Shown: piece after piece, positions 63,401 through 64,000 of the stretch
Layout: the number at the start of each line of letters is the position of its first letter
Numbering within the stretch: position 1 is the stretch's first letter
NCBI GenBank assembly: GCA_040219255.1
Contig: JAVJSW010000004.1
Span: 96,001-160,000, forward strand
Length of the DNA: 64,000 nucleotides
From: Sumerlaeia bacterium
GTDB taxonomy: Bacteria > Sumerlaeota > Sumerlaeia > SLMS01 > JAHLLQ01
Direction of reading: 5' to 3'
Translations under genes and position numbers: made by a program
The notes under the pieces: generated by a model
The model's database searches: none
Seen by the model: the letters and a program-made list of their open reading frames with translations, nothing else
What the model was told of the DNA's origin: nothing

Positions 63401-64000
63401 GGCTCTACGCCCTCGACGATGGCGATCGCCGCGCCGACTATCGCTACGATTATTCCGACCGCCGCATCAGCAAACTCGTCCGCACCCTCGATGCCCAGGG
63501 CTCCGTCGACGCGAACCAGCCCAGCACCACGACCCTCTACGTCGACCGGCTCTTTGAATACCGCGAGGGCGATCACCCAACGAAGTACGTGTTCTTTGGC
63601 GACGAACGCGTCGCCCGCGTCACGGGAACGTTGGCTCCGGGGCGGTCGCGGGTGCAGAACCTGCGCTTCGAAGCCGGCTGGAACCTCGCCACGCCGGTGG
63701 TCGAGCCCAAGGCGGGGCTGACCGCCGCCAACGTTTTTGGCTATGGCACCCCCGGATCGCCGGTGTCGGCGGTGTTCCGCTACGATGGGTCGAAATTCCG
63801 CTACATCGAACTCCAGCCCGGTGATCGGGTCGTGCCCGGCGAAGGCTACTGGGTTCACTCCGCCGGCGCCCACGCGCGGTCGATCACCGGCGCCTATCGC
63901 GATATCCTCGAAGTCGCCGCCGCCAAGGGCAGCGTCCGCACGCCGCCGGGCGGAGGCTTCATCGGCTGGCCCCGCCTCGAACCGATGAAGCTCACCCGCA
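57475..64000 (+). CDS. SpvB - FG-GAP - TcdB-mid - RHS/YD fusion (TcB-TcC-like), truncated by the window end
   Basis: Frame +1 appears open to the end (spot-translated; no frame +1 ORF with a stop in the track). TTG start after GGAG and signal peptide (APA|QDKSG). SpvB motif LSLPTGAGSVEGLGESF..GTGSYSVKIAIPPGR..YNTGAGNSEYGIGW; six DxNGDG-type repeats; KPNMLSGVDNGIG; YWDPFEKEHRGF; YD repeats (YDVFGRL, DGLGR..DPDRG, YDANGNM). Confidence 0.9.
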   Translation, partial: MFPKPAQRRPVRLCGRPLGAAVLAMAMAAVGIAPAQDKSGVKPNVLSLPTGAGSVEGLGESFEPQLNSGTGSYSVKIAIPPGRAGFAPGMTLAYNTGAGNSEYGIGWSLAIPMIQRQTDKGLPAYSDADVFLYQGEELARLTDGTWRCENEGSFVRLRREGLGWVATERGGTRHYFGETTRQLRGGKDRFDETFCWHLDRSVDVNGNTIRYVYRQFEDSPGRFYPSRVRYNENEAGTKYFEVSFEYSNPALSSPQTGAVALADWWEAARKTERAEKALQTGYAVPEGWDESFQLAGVDTRPDALSDFRAGFHQRWGRRCSAISVKQENLTIRRYELRYQDEDADKDALQSDLSLLRTVTVFGKNAPPPYDDTNRYRLPTLTFDYTELARPGSAPVFQVRGEPRFPLGDPNTDVLDVNADGLPDIVHIEPEDSVYWLNLGPDLDGTVRFSPEQRLLDVPGGLRLSDPNVQLADFDGDSATDLVHYKGPGGQNIGILCSPARVAENYTDDGFFQNGFSRLGAEQTYTGPAPFALGQPNVQFQDLNFDKFIDVVVSDPFGFTYYLNNEGRSWIDLGSTDFGEAAMANVPSAIQFGTPGVQLADMNGDRLQDLVQVLVDDGRARVTFWHSRGDRRWDLGRVMLGNTFTFSSNVEDLRVMDVNGDGLSDLVALGSGTPRSRLRYWINTGNGSYGAPVTFDERTSQLPAYTAETAIRSADMNGNNMTDLVYANGTRIEFFDFSGGGPKPNMLSGVDNGIGKKVRIDYRSSIDHMVADREAGHPWREAIPMAVPVVTNIITAFGPAFDLNEDGNAWTIEGLEHGFDMDGDSNFDEVYTASIRYHDAYWDPFEKEHRGFRYAEKIEWGDDFQLKWNSPFRTIPDAHPIARVGEAKSVTSVSRFRFHLGDPDGLDNHEYPEPYGGPTRTDERTEDGGGEEESLKGKPLWEETVDGGALADGALIPGEPAPLTYVYLRKEYGYELRRLYGLQGNSPVPAPAFRNTSSTNGRQVTFPMMVATRTWEVEANGYLRERLVVPNGLTFPEKAPVELFSEITYDDYGNAIREANHGIVNDGGDADDERITHRQFTQNTIDWLVDRVFEERVTDESGRFVSMTRTYYDGPPFVGLALGQVGVRGLPTRVEQFINGHAVPASNETIGDEIGDARLEDIASVQASRVAYDAFGNAIALIDPLGVPYVSQPFDAGEDYLGATEYGHVRSVAYDDQYHAFPIEETIHLESPKAPLAMTATYDFGLGVMTTSSDFNGNITEYSYDVFGRLTAIAKPGPDPLKPTRSQDSFDRPTQVFQYIATNPWTGTQLIYDRDGAIAPFPPIAGAPGPLANIVRTFLREDFENGEGYNTLDAFKYTDGLGRTLMEISEPEAPSERLDMQPTGPVVATATRYNLRGSQYTNYIPYFGAESLNSLYFPPPAAAEPGGTARTEIYPDALGRPVRTEMPPEDEGGDRLETWTFNLPRETHSYDEEQSRPGSDHFGAHMEHEKDGLDRLVKVREVVRISDIGDVLPTTDSLRVWQTEYDYDLQDNLIHITDSRGNQKWMRHDGLGRKVFMNDPDRGVLEYEYDDASNLIRTVDAKAQEIRYGYDGANRLLWEDYRDAGQPVSHGRDYDPAQPLGPANRPDVLYHYDAWDGPAIDFGNGRPAGIPANTAGMMVAVEDLTGAETFSYDPRGRVAWRVKAVADPYLDPADPDWRSRLTPFSFVFRYDSMDRVRDMIYPDNDAVHYRYNRRGEIDAVYGGLVTDESPGNPIVKAYDAIPSGQEDVRWLGNDIVSRREYDPRLRMRRLHHTGGYQPGLSVEATDYRFVDYGYSFDGASNILAIADQRPTDPAIAGAVPADSERRNTQHFAYDDLYRLIQVQYPRAGSPGGLGGQIDYRYDRIGNMLAKTTPAPGADGHFEILEDGQSIVHLGTMAYGEGPGPQTGPSGRVGRYAGEAPGPHALTSTASGRSYEYDANGNMTLIEDDTATWDFKDRLYALDDGDRRADYRYDYSDRRISKLVRTLDAQGSVDANQPSTTTLYVDRLFEYREGDHPTKYVFFGDERVARVTGTLAPGRSRVQNLRFEAGWNLATPVVEPKAGLTAANVFGYGTPGSPVSAVFRYDGSKFRYIELQPGDRVVPGEGYWVHSAGAHARSITGAYRDILEVAAAKGSVRTPPGGGFIGWPRLEPMKLTR

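Noticed and set aside
57418-63873. Long minus-strand ORFs 57418-60198 (926 aa) and 60334-63873 (1179 aa)
   Set aside because: Antisense shadows of the plus-strand SpvB/RHS gene, which carries clear motifs. High-GC codon bias suppresses stops on the opposite strand.
47542-64000. Interpretation as T6SS, eCIS or prophage tail locus, or a diversity-generating retroelement
   Set aside because: No VgrG/PAAR, sheath, tube, baseplate or reverse transcriptase genes and no template/variable repeat pair were seen in the window. Signal peptides argue against T6SS cargo.

Overview
High-GC bacterial DNA. The two paralogous pilin-like genes (N-terminus xFTLIELLIVVAIIAILAAIAVPNFLEAQ, C-terminus YDxTNGTxSxGD) suggest an uncultured diderm lineage such as Ca. 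Sumerlaeota/BRC1 or a relative; this is an inference. The window has three blocks. (1) 1-27.5 kb, housekeeping and envelope: ferredoxin, TatD fused to a degenerate radical-SAM domain, GT4, PTS IIA, sulfotransferase, a yqjD/E/K-like trio, methyltransferase, metG with an atypical C-terminal domain, a 2632-aa repeat surface protein, tkt, hicB-hicA, mlaF/mlaD-like genes, a GT-C, FMN reductase and smpB. (2) 27.7-47.3 kb, a beta-1,3-glucan utilisation locus: two GH16-CBM6 enzymes, a frameshifted GH50-like gene, a sugar ABC transporter, a GH161-like phosphorylase, LacI and CBM/CIA30-like proteins. About ten GTTATCGATAAC-like palindromes occur in pairs across it, and it unexpectedly includes two type IV pilin-like genes. 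(3) 47.5 kb to the window end, a tightly packed four-gene operon in which every product has an apparent Sec signal peptide: a multidomain scaffold/adhesin, a TcA-C-terminal-like coiled-coil protein, a fibre-like protein with an AT-rich beta-propeller tip, and a SpvB-FG-GAP-RHS (TcB-TcC) fusion that runs off the window and is missing from the ORF track. This looks like a non-canonical, Sec-exported Tc/ABC-toxin-like machine and is the best candidate for an undescribed system. No rRNA, tRNA, CRISPR array or transposase was recognised. All family calls come from motif recognition by eye, not database searches.
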